A stretch of DNA of 64,000 nucleotides from a virus (IMGVR_UViG_3300010382_000019:263-64262), one strand, 5' to 3'. Shown: positions 1 to 9,270, counted from the first letter of the stretch. A program made the numbers and translations. The notes: generated by a model from the sequence alone, not told the origin.

Positions 1-2
1 TA

Positions 3-357
3 CTTATTGGCTCTGTCCCGCTTACAGCAACCTTCATTATGTTATGGTTCCCTCCCGTGAATGGAGAATCAATAATTAACTTTACATATCTTACTACTGT
101 CTTAAGTCTCTTTTTTATATTTTTTACTATAGTTGTTGCTCCTTACCTTGCTCTTATAAATGAGATATCCGGGACAAGCAAAGAAAGAATAAGCCTTACT
201 ACAATGCAGGGGTTCACTCAGATAATAGGTGTTATGATTGCTGAGGTAGGTTCAGGTATTATTATTGATAGATTTAGTTTCAGGATAATGGGAATAATAC
301 TTGGGATTACAGCATTTCTTACAATAATACTTACAGGTATCAATATGAAAAAGAGAT
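3..357 (+). pseudogene. 5' part of GPH/MelB-like MFS sugar transporter, interrupted by prophage integration
   Basis: Frame is open from the window edge (LIGSVPLTATFIMLWFPP...PYLALINEISGTSKERISLT). The hydrophobic helix pattern stops after LTIILTGINMKKR, where the integrase 3' end begins. The ORF-track extension to 494 is antisense integrase sequence. Confidence 0.75.
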
Positions 358-375
358 TTAAATACATATTGATAA
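338..375. other. Candidate attL of the prophage
   Basis: Perfect 10-bp inverted repeat TATCAATATG (338-347) / CATATTGATA (366-375), centred on the host-gene/integrase junction. Confidence 0.55.
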
Positions 376-1923
376 TTCCCTCCCGTCCCATATGCACTCT
401 TTTATTATTTCACGTAGATATCTTACCTTTTCGTCATATGTCAATTCATCAAATGAATTTAAATAATGTAAAATCTTTGTATAAACCGTGTTAACATCGT
501 TTATTTTATTATAGTTTTCCTGTTCTTGACGTTCTATTTCTCTTAGTTCATAGTTTAATCCAATAACTTGTTTATCAAGTTTTTCTATTTCAGCAATTAG
601 ATATTTAACTGCTGAAGATTCTGTGTTATCTTGTAATGTTGTAGTTAAATTTTCTATTTTCTTCTTAGTGCTAGAAATCTCCTTATTGATTACATCTTTA
701 CTTTTAATAGGTATGTTAATGTTTGAATCTTTCATATATTTTTTAATAAGGTTTTTATCTAATGATAATTGTTTCAAGGTGCTAATTACTTTTTCGTCCA
801 ATTCATCTGTGCTTACCATTTTCATATCACAAATTTTGAGACCTTTTCGGTAACGATTTAGACAGTAGTAGCTGTTATATACTTTGTTATAAGTTTTATC
901 AACCTTATGTTTCACACGCAAGGAATAACCACATTTGCATTTGGCTATACCTTTTAATATCCCTATTTCATATTTGCGTGTCTTGTCTAGTATATTCTGT
1001 CCGAATCTCGCTTGTACTTTTAGCCACTTATCTGAGGAAATTAGTGGCTTATGTAATCCAACACTTACAATCCAGTTATCAGGTGTGGTTGCTGTGTGCT
1101 TCTTTTTTTTTCCACCTTTGTTACGACCATACACAATAAGACCATGAGTACCGTCAAATTTTTCTCTCTCTGATGCCATTATACAGCCTAAACTTTCAAA
1201 ATAATCATATATTTCATTGGTAGCTGCAACGTAGTGAGGATTTTTTAAAATATTATATAGTTGTGTGCTGAAAAAAAAGTTGCCGTTGAGTGTTCGGATT
1301 CCATTGTTTTTAAAATAAGTTTCTAATTTACTCAAACTATATACTTTTAAAAAAGTATCATAAATCATATTTAAAAATGGAACTTCTCCTTCATTTTCAA
1401 CTAGCATAGTATGGAACTTCCCATTTATTTGTACCTTTTTCCCCTTATACCCAAGTGGTGCTTTGCCTCCAGTCCATTTCCCGCTTTTAGCGAGTTCTAT
1501 CATGCTATCTTTAACACGTTCTGCTATAGTCTCTCTTTCCATCTGTGCAAAAACAGAGCATATATACATCATTGCACGACCTAGAGGTGTAGATGTGTCT
1601 ATTTGTTCTTTTACAGATACAAATTCTACCCTGTTCTCTTGAAGCTTATTAAAGGTTGTTGAAAAATCAAGAACGTTTCTGCTAATACGGTCTATTTTAT
1701 AGCAGATTAAGATATCTATTCTTTTATTTAAAACATCTTTCATCAACTGCTCAAATCCAGGTCGATTTGTATTAGCTCCTGTAAAACCTTCATCCTTATA
1801 TTCAATTATTGTTTCTATTTTGTAATTGCTCTGTGCATATTCTGTGCAAGTTTTTATTTGAGCTTCAATGCTATCAGATTTATCGGAAAAGACTGATTTT
1901 CTTGCATAAACTCCTATAACCAT
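358..1923 (-). CDS. Large serine recombinase (phage integrase)
   Basis: YARKS catalytic motif, DEGFTG, YKIDRISR, recombinase domain, CKCG...YYC zinc ribbon, coiled coil. Confidence 0.95.
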   Translation of the reverse strand: MVIGVYARKSVFSDKSDSIEAQIKTCTEYAQSNYKIETIIEYKDEGFTGANTNRPGFEQLMKDVLNKRIDILICYKIDRISRNVLDFSTTFNKLQENRVEFVSVKEQIDTSTPLGRAMMYICSVFAQMERETIAERVKDSMIELAKSGKWTGGKAPLGYKGKKVQINGKFHTMLVENEGEVPFLNMIYDTFLKVYSLSKLETYFKNNGIRTLNGNFFFSTQLYNILKNPHYVAATNEIYDYFESLGCIMASEREKFDGTHGLIVYGRNKGGKKKKHTATTPDNWIVSVGLHKPLISSDKWLKVQARFGQNILDKTRKYEIGILKGIAKCKCGYSLRVKHKVDKTYNKVYNSYYCLNRYRKGLKICDMKMVSTDELDEKVISTLKQLSLDKNLIKKYMKDSNINIPIKSKDVINKEISSTKKKIENLTTTLQDNTESSAVKYLIAEIEKLDKQVIGLNYELREIERQEQENYNKINDVNTVYTKILHYLNSFDELTYDEKVRYLREIIKECIWDGRELSICI

Positions 1924-2030
1924 AATACTAACCTCACCCTTTCACATATTGATTGGAATAAAGTATGTGTAATTTTAAGATTAAGAACTCTCTCATTTTT
2001 CGTTACTGTTGTGCAGCCACATCAAAAATA

Positions 2031-2378
2031 TTATTTAATGGATTCATTTGGAAGAAGTAATTCTACAGCAAACATATTTGCTTGGCATTCTATTTCGGAG
2101 GTAAGTAATGGTGTTTTATCATGTGTGAAATAGCAGCTTTCTTTTAAATGTAATACTGCATGTCCTAACATATGTGCCATTACAATATTTTTATAGTTTT
2201 CATCTTCAATTGTTGAATTAATAAAAATACATCTGTTACGTTTGATGTAATTATAGTACCCTAATAGTTTCCCAAGAGGTACAATAAAAACTTGAATGTT
2301 AAGATTTTTTGCAATTATAAAAGGATTATTTGTGCCAAATTTCTCAACATAGTGTGCAACGATGTTTTTTATTTTCAA
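2031..2378 (-). CDS. ImmA/IrrE-family metallopeptidase (anti-repressor), catalytic motif altered
   Basis: NPFIIAKNLNI, IFINS, AHMLGHAVLH, ECQANMFAVELL. Located between integrase and repressor. Confidence 0.8.
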   Translation of the reverse strand: MKIKNIVAHYVEKFGTNNPFIIAKNLNIQVFIVPLGKLLGYYNYIKRNRCIFINSTIEDENYKNIVMAHMLGHAVLHLKESCYFTHDKTPLLTSEIECQANMFAVELLLPNESIK

Positions 2379-2385
2379 TTTATTA

Positions 2386-2787
2386 TCACCTTACTTTATT
2401 TTTATTAGGGTTATACTTCTCCTTATTAATAATTTTTAGATGCTGCAAGCTAAGACTAATTGCATTTTTTAAAAGTGAGAGAGATTCTTTATCTATTGAT
2501 TCCCCTTCGTAATGTAATGTACCATCCTCCCCATTTTCAATTTTTTTCATTATATTTTCTAAATCTTTTGCGATGTCTTTTGCGTCTTTTGCGGATAGCT
2601 CTCTGCCAAGTAGGTAATCAGTCGTTACATTAAAATAATCTGCTACTTTTGCTAACCTATCACCGGATGGGGCTGTTTTTCCCCATTTTTTTATAGTCCC
2701 ATTGCCCAAACCCAGCGTTCTTTCTAATGCTGCAATAGTTATGTTGTTTCCTTCACAAAGTTTTTGAATTTTTTCTAACATATTCAA
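2386..2787 (-). CDS. XRE-family phage repressor (ImmR/CI-like)
   Basis: HTH LERTLGLGNGTIKKW...VADYFNVTTDYLLGR. Divergent from the lytic genes. Confidence 0.9.
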   Translation of the reverse strand: MNMLEKIQKLCEGNNITIAALERTLGLGNGTIKKWGKTAPSGDRLAKVADYFNVTTDYLLGRELSAKDAKDIAKDLENIMKKIENGEDGTLHYEGESIDKESLSLLKNAISLSLQHLKIINKEKYNPNKNKVR

Positions 2788-2835
2788 AATAGTCTACCCC
2801 CTAAAAAAGCATTTTCGCAAATAGATAAAAAGACA

Positions 2836-2864
2836 TTGACAAATAGACTGTAGACTATTACAAT
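2836..2864 (+). promoter_or_regulatory. sigma-A lytic promoter (PR-like)
   Basis: TTGACA (2836-2841), 17-bp spacer, TACAAT (2859-2864). Confidence 0.75.
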
Positions 2865-2958
2865 TAGGGTGCATACTAAAATATATAAATATACAATAAC
2901 AATTTTAGAATACAGTCTAAAAGCATAAGCCTACATACTATTTTTAGTCTACAAGCTA

Positions 2959-2987
2959 ATAATAGAATATTTTCTATTACATGTCAA
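2959..2987 (-). promoter_or_regulatory. sigma-A repressor promoter (leftward)
   Basis: On the minus strand: TTGACA (2987-2982), 17-bp spacer, TATTAT (2964-2959). Confidence 0.65.
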
Positions 2988-3035
2988 TACTAATGTGTGA
3001 ATTTTTAGCACAAAATATGAAAGGAAGGTGAAAAC

Positions 3036-3341
3036 ATGCTCTTTATCAAGGTTAACCAACTTTGCATACAAAATGGGATCACAATAACAAAGTTAGAAAA
3101 AGAACTAAAGTTTGGCAATGGCACTATCCACAAATGGAGTACTTCACAGCCTTCTATAAAAAAAGTGAAAAAGGTTGCTGAATATTTCAAAGTGGGAATT
3201 GATTATCTGGTTAGTGACAGTTTAACTATACCATCTAAAGAAAGCATGGAATTAGCAATGGACTACGAGTCTTTAACAGCTAACCAGAAGGGATTAGTAA
3301 GATGTTATTTATCACTTATAAAAAATGGACAAGCGGTATAG
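3036..3341 (+). CDS. Cro-like XRE regulator
   Basis: HTH paralogous to the repressor (LEKELKFGNGTIHKW...VAEYFKVGIDYL). Confidence 0.85.
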   Translation: MLFIKVNQLCIQNGITITKLEKELKFGNGTIHKWSTSQPSIKKVKKVAEYFKVGIDYLVSDSLTIPSKESMELAMDYESLTANQKGLVRCYLSLIKNGQAV

Positions 3342-3350
3342 GAGGCTACA

Positions 3351-3506
3351 ATGAAAAAAGAAAGAGAAATCAATGTTGTAGTTAACTTTACGGAGGGGTG
3401 GGAAGAAAGGTTTGCAAAAGCGGCCTATGACCTCTATTTAATGGTAGAAGCGAGAAAGTCTGCACAAAACGAAAAAGAATGTTTCAAACCTACATACAGT
3501 AATTGA
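3351..3506 (+). CDS. Small hypothetical early protein (51 aa), not in ORF track
   Basis: GGAGG RBS, then MKKEREINVVVNFTEGWEERFAKAAYDLY... Confidence 0.65.
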   Translation: MKKEREINVVVNFTEGWEERFAKAAYDLYLMVEARKSAQNEKECFKPTYSN

Positions 3507-3870
3507 GCAAAAACCATAAAGTAACTGGAAAAAGTCTTATCTAAACCCTATAAAACATATTATACGAGGAGGAAAAGAAATGAAAAGAACTACAAGTAAT
3601 TTCACAAATAAGTAAAAGAAAAACACCCTTTCGGGTGCAAATAAAAAAATATATATAAACGAATACAAAAAGGATTTGGTAATCAAAGCATACCATAACA
3701 AGGAGGTTTTAACAATACATATTGACAAATATGGGAAATATTTGTTTGTGATAATAATTCTAATCTTGTACATGATTGTAGGCACGATAGAATATAAAAA
3801 CGAGTTACAGAAGGATATCGGAAAATATCTCAATACAAAAATATTTATTAAATTTAAGGAGGAGAACTAA

Positions 3871-4158
3871 ATGTTTGAAAAAGAGAGAATAGCAACACCA
3901 ACGAATGAGGAGGAAACTAAGAAAAAGGTAAAAGAGGCTATTATCGTTTTCAATGATGGTAGCACAATAACGGTTAATAAGTTTTTGGGGGTTTTTCTCC
4001 AAGGTGGTGAGGTGGGAAAGGTGGATATAGTAATAAACCATGTAAACACTGTAGAGCTGTTGGCCTCAATGTCTGACTTGAACGAACATGTTCATAAACT
4101 TTTATTCAGTTCTATTGATCCGGTTGGAATGCTGAAGAAAATTTTTGAAAATGTATAA
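3871..4158 (+). CDS. Hypothetical phage protein
   Basis: AAGGAG RBS; part of the early operon. Confidence 0.7.
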   Translation: MFEKERIATPTNEEETKKKVKEAIIVFNDGSTITVNKFLGVFLQGGEVGKVDIVINHVNTVELLASMSDLNEHVHKLLFSSIDPVGMLKKIFENV

Positions 4159-4187
4159 ATGCAGTGTAGTAGAAGGAAGCGAGATCA

Positions 4188-4475
4188 ATGCTAATAGCCG
4201 ATTATGTCGGATATATGCCAGAAATAGAGGTAGAAAGCAAGGGGTATGTAAATCGGAATACTGTAGTAATTAAAATTGGAGAAGTTGAGTTTACCCTTAA
4301 TGAAGCAGATGCAAAAGAACTGCATGAGTGCTTAGAAAAAGAATTATACAACGAAATAAGGGAAAATTTAATAGATGAAATTGATAGTACGAGGGACAAG
4401 CTATATGAAGCAGAGGACAAAATAAGCGATTTGAAAGATTATATTGAACAGATAGAAGAACGATTGGAGGGATAA
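4188..4475 (+). CDS. Hypothetical phage protein (acidic coiled coil)
   Basis: Operon-packed ORF. Confidence 0.7.
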   Translation: MLIADYVGYMPEIEVESKGYVNRNTVVIKIGEVEFTLNEADAKELHECLEKELYNEIRENLIDEIDSTRDKLYEAEDKISDLKDYIEQIEERLEG

Positions 4476-4477
4476 TA

Positions 4478-4681
4478 ATGGGGACATCCTCTGAACTCAC
4501 TAGCGATGGTTTATTACTCGCGTATTATGGTAACATCAAGCAACAAAGGGAACTCAGGGCAAGGCAAAAAGAATTAGAGGCTGAACTTGAAAAGCGATAT
4601 TCTTTATTATCAGATAGATTTAAACGCGGAGTAATAGAAGTAAAGCAAGAGAGAGGGGTAGATAGTGAACAATCAATTTAA
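4478..4681 (+). CDS. Hypothetical phage protein
   Basis: GGAGG RBS; coupled to neighbouring genes. Confidence 0.65.
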   Translation: MGTSSELTSDGLLLAYYGNIKQQRELRARQKELEAELEKRYSLLSDRFKRGVIEVKQERGVDSEQSI

Positions 4682-5198
4682 TAAAGATGAAATAGTAAAG
4701 GTAAACAACAAGGACTATCCAATAGTCGGTGGAAGGCTGAGATTGGCGCATGACGAAAACCAAAAGAATTTAAGCATTGAAACAACAGTGATTAAATATG
4801 AAGATGGTATATCTGTAATACAAGCTAAAGTAACAACGGAAAAGGGAGTATATAACGGGTTAGGCAATGCAACTGTAACAAGGGATGCAAGGTTGAAAGC
4901 GGCTATATTGGAACTGGCTGAAACAAGGGCAATAGCAAGAGCACTAAGATTTGCGGGGTATGGAGTAGAATATACAGGTTTTGAAGAAGTTGATTATGAA
5001 AACCAAGAGCAACACGAAAGCAGCATAAAAGATGCACAGGTGAAAAAGTTATTTTCTATGGCTAATAAAAAAGGCTATAATGCAGAATCGGTCAAGAAAA
5101 CAGCAATGAAAAAATACAACGTAACTGAGATAGCACAGCTTAATAAAACGCAATATAACGAAATGTACAAAGGCTATGAGGGGTTGCAAGATAAGTAA
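4665..5198 (+). CDS. Putative Rad52/Sak-like single-strand annealing protein
   Basis: YPIVGGRL...ELAETRAIARALRFAGYG motif; sits in the recombination module. Confidence 0.55.
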   Translation: MNNQFNKDEIVKVNNKDYPIVGGRLRLAHDENQKNLSIETTVIKYEDGISVIQAKVTTEKGVYNGLGNATVTRDARLKAAILELAETRAIARALRFAGYGVEYTGFEEVDYENQEQHESSIKDAQVKKLFSMANKKGYNAESVKKTAMKKYNVTEIAQLNKTQYNEMYKGYEGLQDK

Positions 5199-5524
5199 TG
5201 GACAAGCATATAAGGGAAACAGTATTTAAACGTGCAACTCCTCCTGGAGAATCTTATGCAATATGTGAAGTCTGTGGCATGGAAAATGCCACAGAGTTTC
5301 ACCATTGCATTGGAGGTAACGGGAAGCGTACACAACATGAGAGTGTTGAGACAGGCTTTGCATTGGGTAACAGGTGCCATAGTTTAATAGAAAGCCCATA
5401 TGGGGCAGGGTTAAGACGAAAACTTATATTGATAGCACAACAAAGGTACTTTGATGAAGGTGTGTCTGAGGATGAAGTAAGAGAGAAAATGGGCGGCAAG
5501 ATATATAGCCCATATCGTGGCTAA
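5198..5524 (+). CDS. HNH-like Zn-binding nuclease
   Basis: CEVCG...FHHCIGG...NRCH. Confidence 0.55.
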   Translation: MDKHIRETVFKRATPPGESYAICEVCGMENATEFHHCIGGNGKRTQHESVETGFALGNRCHSLIESPYGAGLRRKLILIAQQRYFDEGVSEDEVREKMGGKIYSPYRG

Positions 5525-5547
5525 TTTTAAGCATAGGAGGACGACCT

Positions 5548-6147
5548 ATGAAAGCAGCGTGGTTAGCAGTCAGAGTACTAAATATAAAATCAAATAAAAA
5601 CTATACACTTATGCAGGTTGTCACAAATGCCAGCATAAAAGAAATCCTCCGTTATGCAAATGAAAAGGGGTTATGTGGTGAACTAAGACTTGATGATGGG
5701 AAACGGATAACAGCAGAACAGCGTAAGAAGCTTTATGCTACATTTAGGGATATTAGCGATTATACCGGCAATCCTCCGGAATATACGAAAGAATTCCATA
5801 AGTTCTTGTTTTGCGCGGAGTCAGGGCAGGAATACTTTTCCCTATCTGATTGCAGCATGAACACAGCCAGGGAACTTATCAACAACGTTATAGAGTATGT
5901 AATCGAGAATGATATACCGCTTACAGAGCTTGCAATAAATCGAACGGATGATATAAGTAAGTACCTATACATATGCATTAGATACTCTCGATGCTGTATA
6001 TGTGGGTTGCCAGGGTATACATATACCCTGGACAGAGAACGCAATAAAATGTGCCTTTGCAATACTCATTATGATATGGCAAAGGCTAAAGGACTAGTGG
6101 AATTTGAGAAGGCTTTTAAGGTTTATGGAATACAGTATTTAGGGTAG
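5548..6147 (+). CDS. DUF968/putative HNHc nuclease family protein
   Basis: ITAEQRKKLYA, SLSDCSM, CCICG...CLCNTH. Confidence 0.65.
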   Translation: MKAAWLAVRVLNIKSNKNYTLMQVVTNASIKEILRYANEKGLCGELRLDDGKRITAEQRKKLYATFRDISDYTGNPPEYTKEFHKFLFCAESGQEYFSLSDCSMNTARELINNVIEYVIENDIPLTELAINRTDDISKYLYICIRYSRCCICGLPGYTYTLDRERNKMCLCNTHYDMAKAKGLVEFEKAFKVYGIQYLG

Positions 6148-6182
6148 GTAAAATGCCAGGAAAAGTACAAGAAGGTGAGTAA

Positions 6183-7013
6183 ATGGCATGGATAAGTGTT
6201 CACGAACAAGTAATTGGAATGAAGCTAAGAGAACTTTCTAAGTGCATTGGCTGCTCTCAAAAGGAAACATTAGGAATACTGGTTTCATTATGGTTATGGG
6301 GCATAAATAACGCTACAAAAGACGGTGAATTGAGAGGTTCGGACAAGAATGATATAAAAGATGCGTTGTCCATTGGACTGTCCGCAGGACTATCCTCAGA
6401 AAAAATAGTGGACTGTCTTATAGAAAAGCACTGGATTGATTATGTAGGTGGAGTATACATATTACACGATTGGGATATATGGCAGGAACAATGGTATAAG
6501 GCATTAGACCGGAGAGCATACGATGCCAACAGAAAGAGGGAGGAAAGAAAGAGAAAAACCAAAAACTGTCCGCAGGACTGTCCACCGGAAAATCCAGTGC
6601 AACCGTCACCGTCACCGTTACCGTCACCTAAACGTAACCGTAAACCGTCACCAGACCGAACAGAAGATATAGATAGTATCTTTAACTTCTATTGTGAGAC
6701 TTTTACTGGCTATTATGAACAACTAACATTAACAGATAAACGCAAAAAACATATAGCGGCAAGATTAAAACGATATGATGTAGATATGATTAAAAAGGCT
6801 ATAAGCAATATAAGACAGAGCAAATGGCATATAGGTGAGGATGAAAAAAACACAAAGTTCTATGCAACTATAGATTTCTTAATGAGATCAGATGAACAAA
6901 TAGAAACATGGATTAACTATAAACCTAAAATATCAGGTAACAAAAACACTAATAAAGCCTTAGAACTCTATAATAAAGCGAAAGCAGAGGAAGACGGTGA
7001 GCCGGTATGGTAA
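6183..7013 (+). CDS. Phage replication initiator
   Basis: N-terminal wHTH (GILVSLWLW...YILHDWD), Pro-rich linker with DNA repeats, C-terminal conserved domain (ATIDFLMR). Confidence 0.8.
   Translation: MAWISVHEQVIGMKLRELSKCIGCSQKETLGILVSLWLWGINNATKDGELRGSDKNDIKDALSIGLSAGLSSEKIVDCLIEKHWIDYVGGVYILHDWDIWQEQWYKALDRRAYDANRKREERKRKTKNCPQDCPPENPVQPSPSPLPSPKRNRKPSPDRTEDIDSIFNFYCETFTGYYEQLTLTDKRKKHIAARLKRYDVDMIKKAISNIRQSKWHIGEDEKNTKFYATIDFLMRSDEQIETWINYKPKISGNKNTNKALELYNKAKAEEDGEPVW
6376..6655. repeat. Iteron-like repeats, probable phage origin
   Basis: ACTGTCCGCAGGACT at 6377 and 6565; tandem CCGTCA/CCGTAA run at about 6603-6651. Confidence 0.55.
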
Positions 7014-7552
7014 AAAGTGAAATGATGAAGCTGCTTACTGTTCTGACAGAAGTATATCCCAAATTTGAAGTAAACGATATAAAAGCACAGGTATTTTACG
7101 AACTATTAGGCGATTTAGATTACAGTATACTACAAACAGCAATAAAAAAGCACATGCTTACAAACGATTATCCTCCGACTATAGCGGAGTTGAGAAAACA
7201 GGCACTGGAAATAATGAACCCGTCTATACAAATGACAGCAGCCGAAGCCTGGGGAGAGGTACAAAAGGCAATAAGATACTATGGGTGGTACAGAGAAGAA
7301 GAAGCATTAGCAAGTATGAGCGAAGGAGCGAGAAAAATAACTCAATACATAGGTTGGCAGAACATATGTGAAGCTGAAAATATTGATGTGTTAAGAGGAC
7401 AATTTTTTAAAATGTATGGACAAGTTGAAGCAAGAGAAAAAACAGAAGCGTTGTTGCCTGAGAGCATAAGGAACAATGTAAAAGCATTAACCGATAAGAT
7501 AGGCAAGCCAATGTTAGGTGAGAATATACAGCTTAATGACAGGTTGAGGTAG
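7007..7552 (+). CDS. Replicative helicase loader/inhibitor (G39P-like)
   Basis: YPPTIAELRK, AEAWGEVQKAIRYYG, IGWQNIC. Follows the initiator. Confidence 0.8.
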   Translation: MVKSEMMKLLTVLTEVYPKFEVNDIKAQVFYELLGDLDYSILQTAIKKHMLTNDYPPTIAELRKQALEIMNPSIQMTAAEAWGEVQKAIRYYGWYREEEALASMSEGARKITQYIGWQNICEAENIDVLRGQFFKMYGQVEAREKTEALLPESIRNNVKALTDKIGKPMLGENIQLNDRLR

Positions 7553-7556
7553 AACT

Positions 7557-7775
7557 GTGAAAGGAGAAATAACAGCCATGAATGATATAGAAAATATTAT
7601 TAAGTTATTCAAAAGTGGCGCAACGATATCGGGCTTAGTGGATATGGTATTTAGTCAAATAAAAGAAAGGGAAAGAAGCAAAAAACCAAGTGAGAGAATT
7701 AAAGTTTATAAACAAGACATTAAAAACTTAGTAGAAAAAACCATTTACGAAGATTATATGAAACAAGCTAGGTAA
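7557..7775 (+). CDS. Hypothetical phage protein
   Basis: Operon-packed ORF. Confidence 0.6.
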   Translation: MKGEITAMNDIENIIKLFKSGATISGLVDMVFSQIKERERSKKPSERIKVYKQDIKNLVEKTIYEDYMKQAR

Positions 7776-7848
7776 CATTATGACACATTTTATGATAAAT
7801 ATGAGGGAGATTTAAACAAGTGAAAATATTTAAAGGAAGTGCAGACGA

Positions 7849-7995
7849 ATGATACTTGCAGTTGATCCAGGTTGTATAGATTCAGCGCATGTACTTTTAG
7901 ACCCAAAGGATTTGAAACCTGTTGAGTTTGGGAAAGCGGATATATGGCAAGCTTACGCTGTGGCAGTAACTTACTGTGACAATCATAGGAACTAG
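7849..7995 (+). pseudogene. Internally deleted RuvC-like resolvase remnant (48 aa)
   Basis: MILAVDPGCIDSAHVLLDPKDLKPVEFGK joined directly to DIWQAYAVAVTY. Confidence 0.6.
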
Positions 7996-8028
7996 GTGGT
8001 GGAACAATGACAAGGTAGGAGGGGGGAG

Positions 8029-8538
8029 TTTACTATCGTACCGAATAAAGTTAGATATTTTCTACACAATCTTGATGCACTAAAAGAAGAAGCAAACCAG
8101 CTCACGCAGGAGCTTAACGATTATAAGAATATGCAGGTGGAATTCTTTATATTTCCTGCATCCGGCAGCGAGGATATTGGCAGTCAGCACTATAAGCATA
8201 ACAGTAATAGTGTTGTCGAGAACGTAGCCGTCCCAAGGTTAGAGTACATGCAGAGACTGGAAAGTAAGATATTTTACTACAAGTCTATTATATATAGTAT
8301 AGATATAGTAATAAGTAGGCATAAAAACAATAGCGAGTATATGTATATACTAAATAATAGGTATCTTAAAAAAAAGAACGGCAGGCCAATGAGTCATAGG
8401 TCAATAGGCGTTACTTTAGGCTACAGCCTGGAAACAATCAGAAAGAAAGACCAAAAAATTATACATGAAATAAATATAGAGATTATGGAGCGGACAAGCC
8501 CATGGATGACTAATTCAGGACGAAAGGGAGATTTTTAA
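8029..8538 (+). CDS. ArpU/RinA-like late transcription activator
   Basis: C-terminal HTH (MSHRSIGVTLGYSLETIRK). The frame is open about 34 codons upstream of ATG 8131, back to the AGGAGG RBS at 8017-8022. Last rightward gene before the cargo block. Confidence 0.55.
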   Translation, partial: FTIVPNKVRYFLHNLDALKEEANQLTQELNDYKNMQVEFFIFPASGSEDIGSQHYKHNSNSVVENVAVPRLEYMQRLESKIFYYKSIIYSIDIVISRHKNNSEYMYILNNRYLKKKNGRPMSHRSIGVTLGYSLETIRKKDQKIIHEINIEIMERTSPWMTNSGRKGDF

Positions 8539-8583
8539 ACAGAGGGTAATAGTTTTAATGAAAAGAAGGATTAAAAAAAGAGA

Positions 8584-8621
8584 CCTCCTGTACAGGCTCG
8601 GCATGAGAACTGGACAGGAGG
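8584..8621. terminator. Probable bidirectional terminator between convergent operons
   Basis: CCTCCTG/CAGGAGG stem with an A-run on the left and a pyrimidine run on the right. Confidence 0.6.
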
Positions 8622-8640
8622 CTTCTCTCTTATTCTGATA

Positions 8641-9270
8641 CTAGGAATTCCACAACCTTTCTGAGCTTATATCTTTAATGCAGCAGTCATGCATAATCTT
8701 GTTGTAATCCGGATTATCATGCAAGTTATAATTCGATGCCAGTCTTTTTAATTTTTCTGCCAGTATAAGAATACTCTCTTCCGTGTATTCCTTACAACAT
8801 CCTTTAAATATTTTATCACAACAAAAGTATGCATATGTAAACTTATGATCGCAAGAATCCTTATTGCATTCGACTGAAAACGATTTTAAATAATCATAGG
8901 AAAATCCGCGTGAAAAAGTAAGAAATGTAGCTTGCTTTTCAATCTGACCGTTCTTTATACTTTTATCAATCCCAATTCCATTTATAAACTGTACTAAATG
9001 CAATAGTTCATGGGCGGTAGTAGATCTAATTCTCCATTCTGACAATGCCAAAGCTTCTTCCCGAATAACAATTTGCATTACTGGTTCATAATTAGCGAAC
9101 CATCCGTTTTTTCTAAGTAAAAGATAAACCTTATCCTTTATTTCCGGGAATTGTTTTAGAATTGGTTCTAAATATTGTTTGGCATATTCGGTGATTTTTA
9201 TTGCTTTATCACTTTTTATCCTTTTCCCATATAAAGCCCAACCTTCTTGACCTAATTTCTCCTCATTCAT
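8641..9270 (-). CDS. HExxH-motif metalloprotein (peptidase-like)
   Basis: STTAHELLHLVQ...EKQA; Cys-rich C-terminus. Confidence 0.6.
   Translation of the reverse strand: MNEEKLGQEGWALYGKRIKSDKAIKITEYAKQYLEPILKQFPEIKDKVYLLLRKNGWFANYEPVMQIVIREEALALSEWRIRSTTAHELLHLVQFINGIGIDKSIKNGQIEKQATFLTFSRGFSYDYLKSFSVECNKDSCDHKFTYAYFCCDKIFKGCCKEYTEESILILAEKLKRLASNYNLHDNPDYNKIMHDCCIKDISSERLWNS

Noticed and set aside
358-494. C-terminal extension of the 39-494 ORF
   Set aside because: It is read-through into the antisense strand of the integrase gene, not transporter sequence.
3580-3870. 11-codon ORF after a strong RBS at 3580 and ORF 3676-3870
   Set aside because: Too short or lacking an RBS, with no recognisable family; likely decayed sequence.
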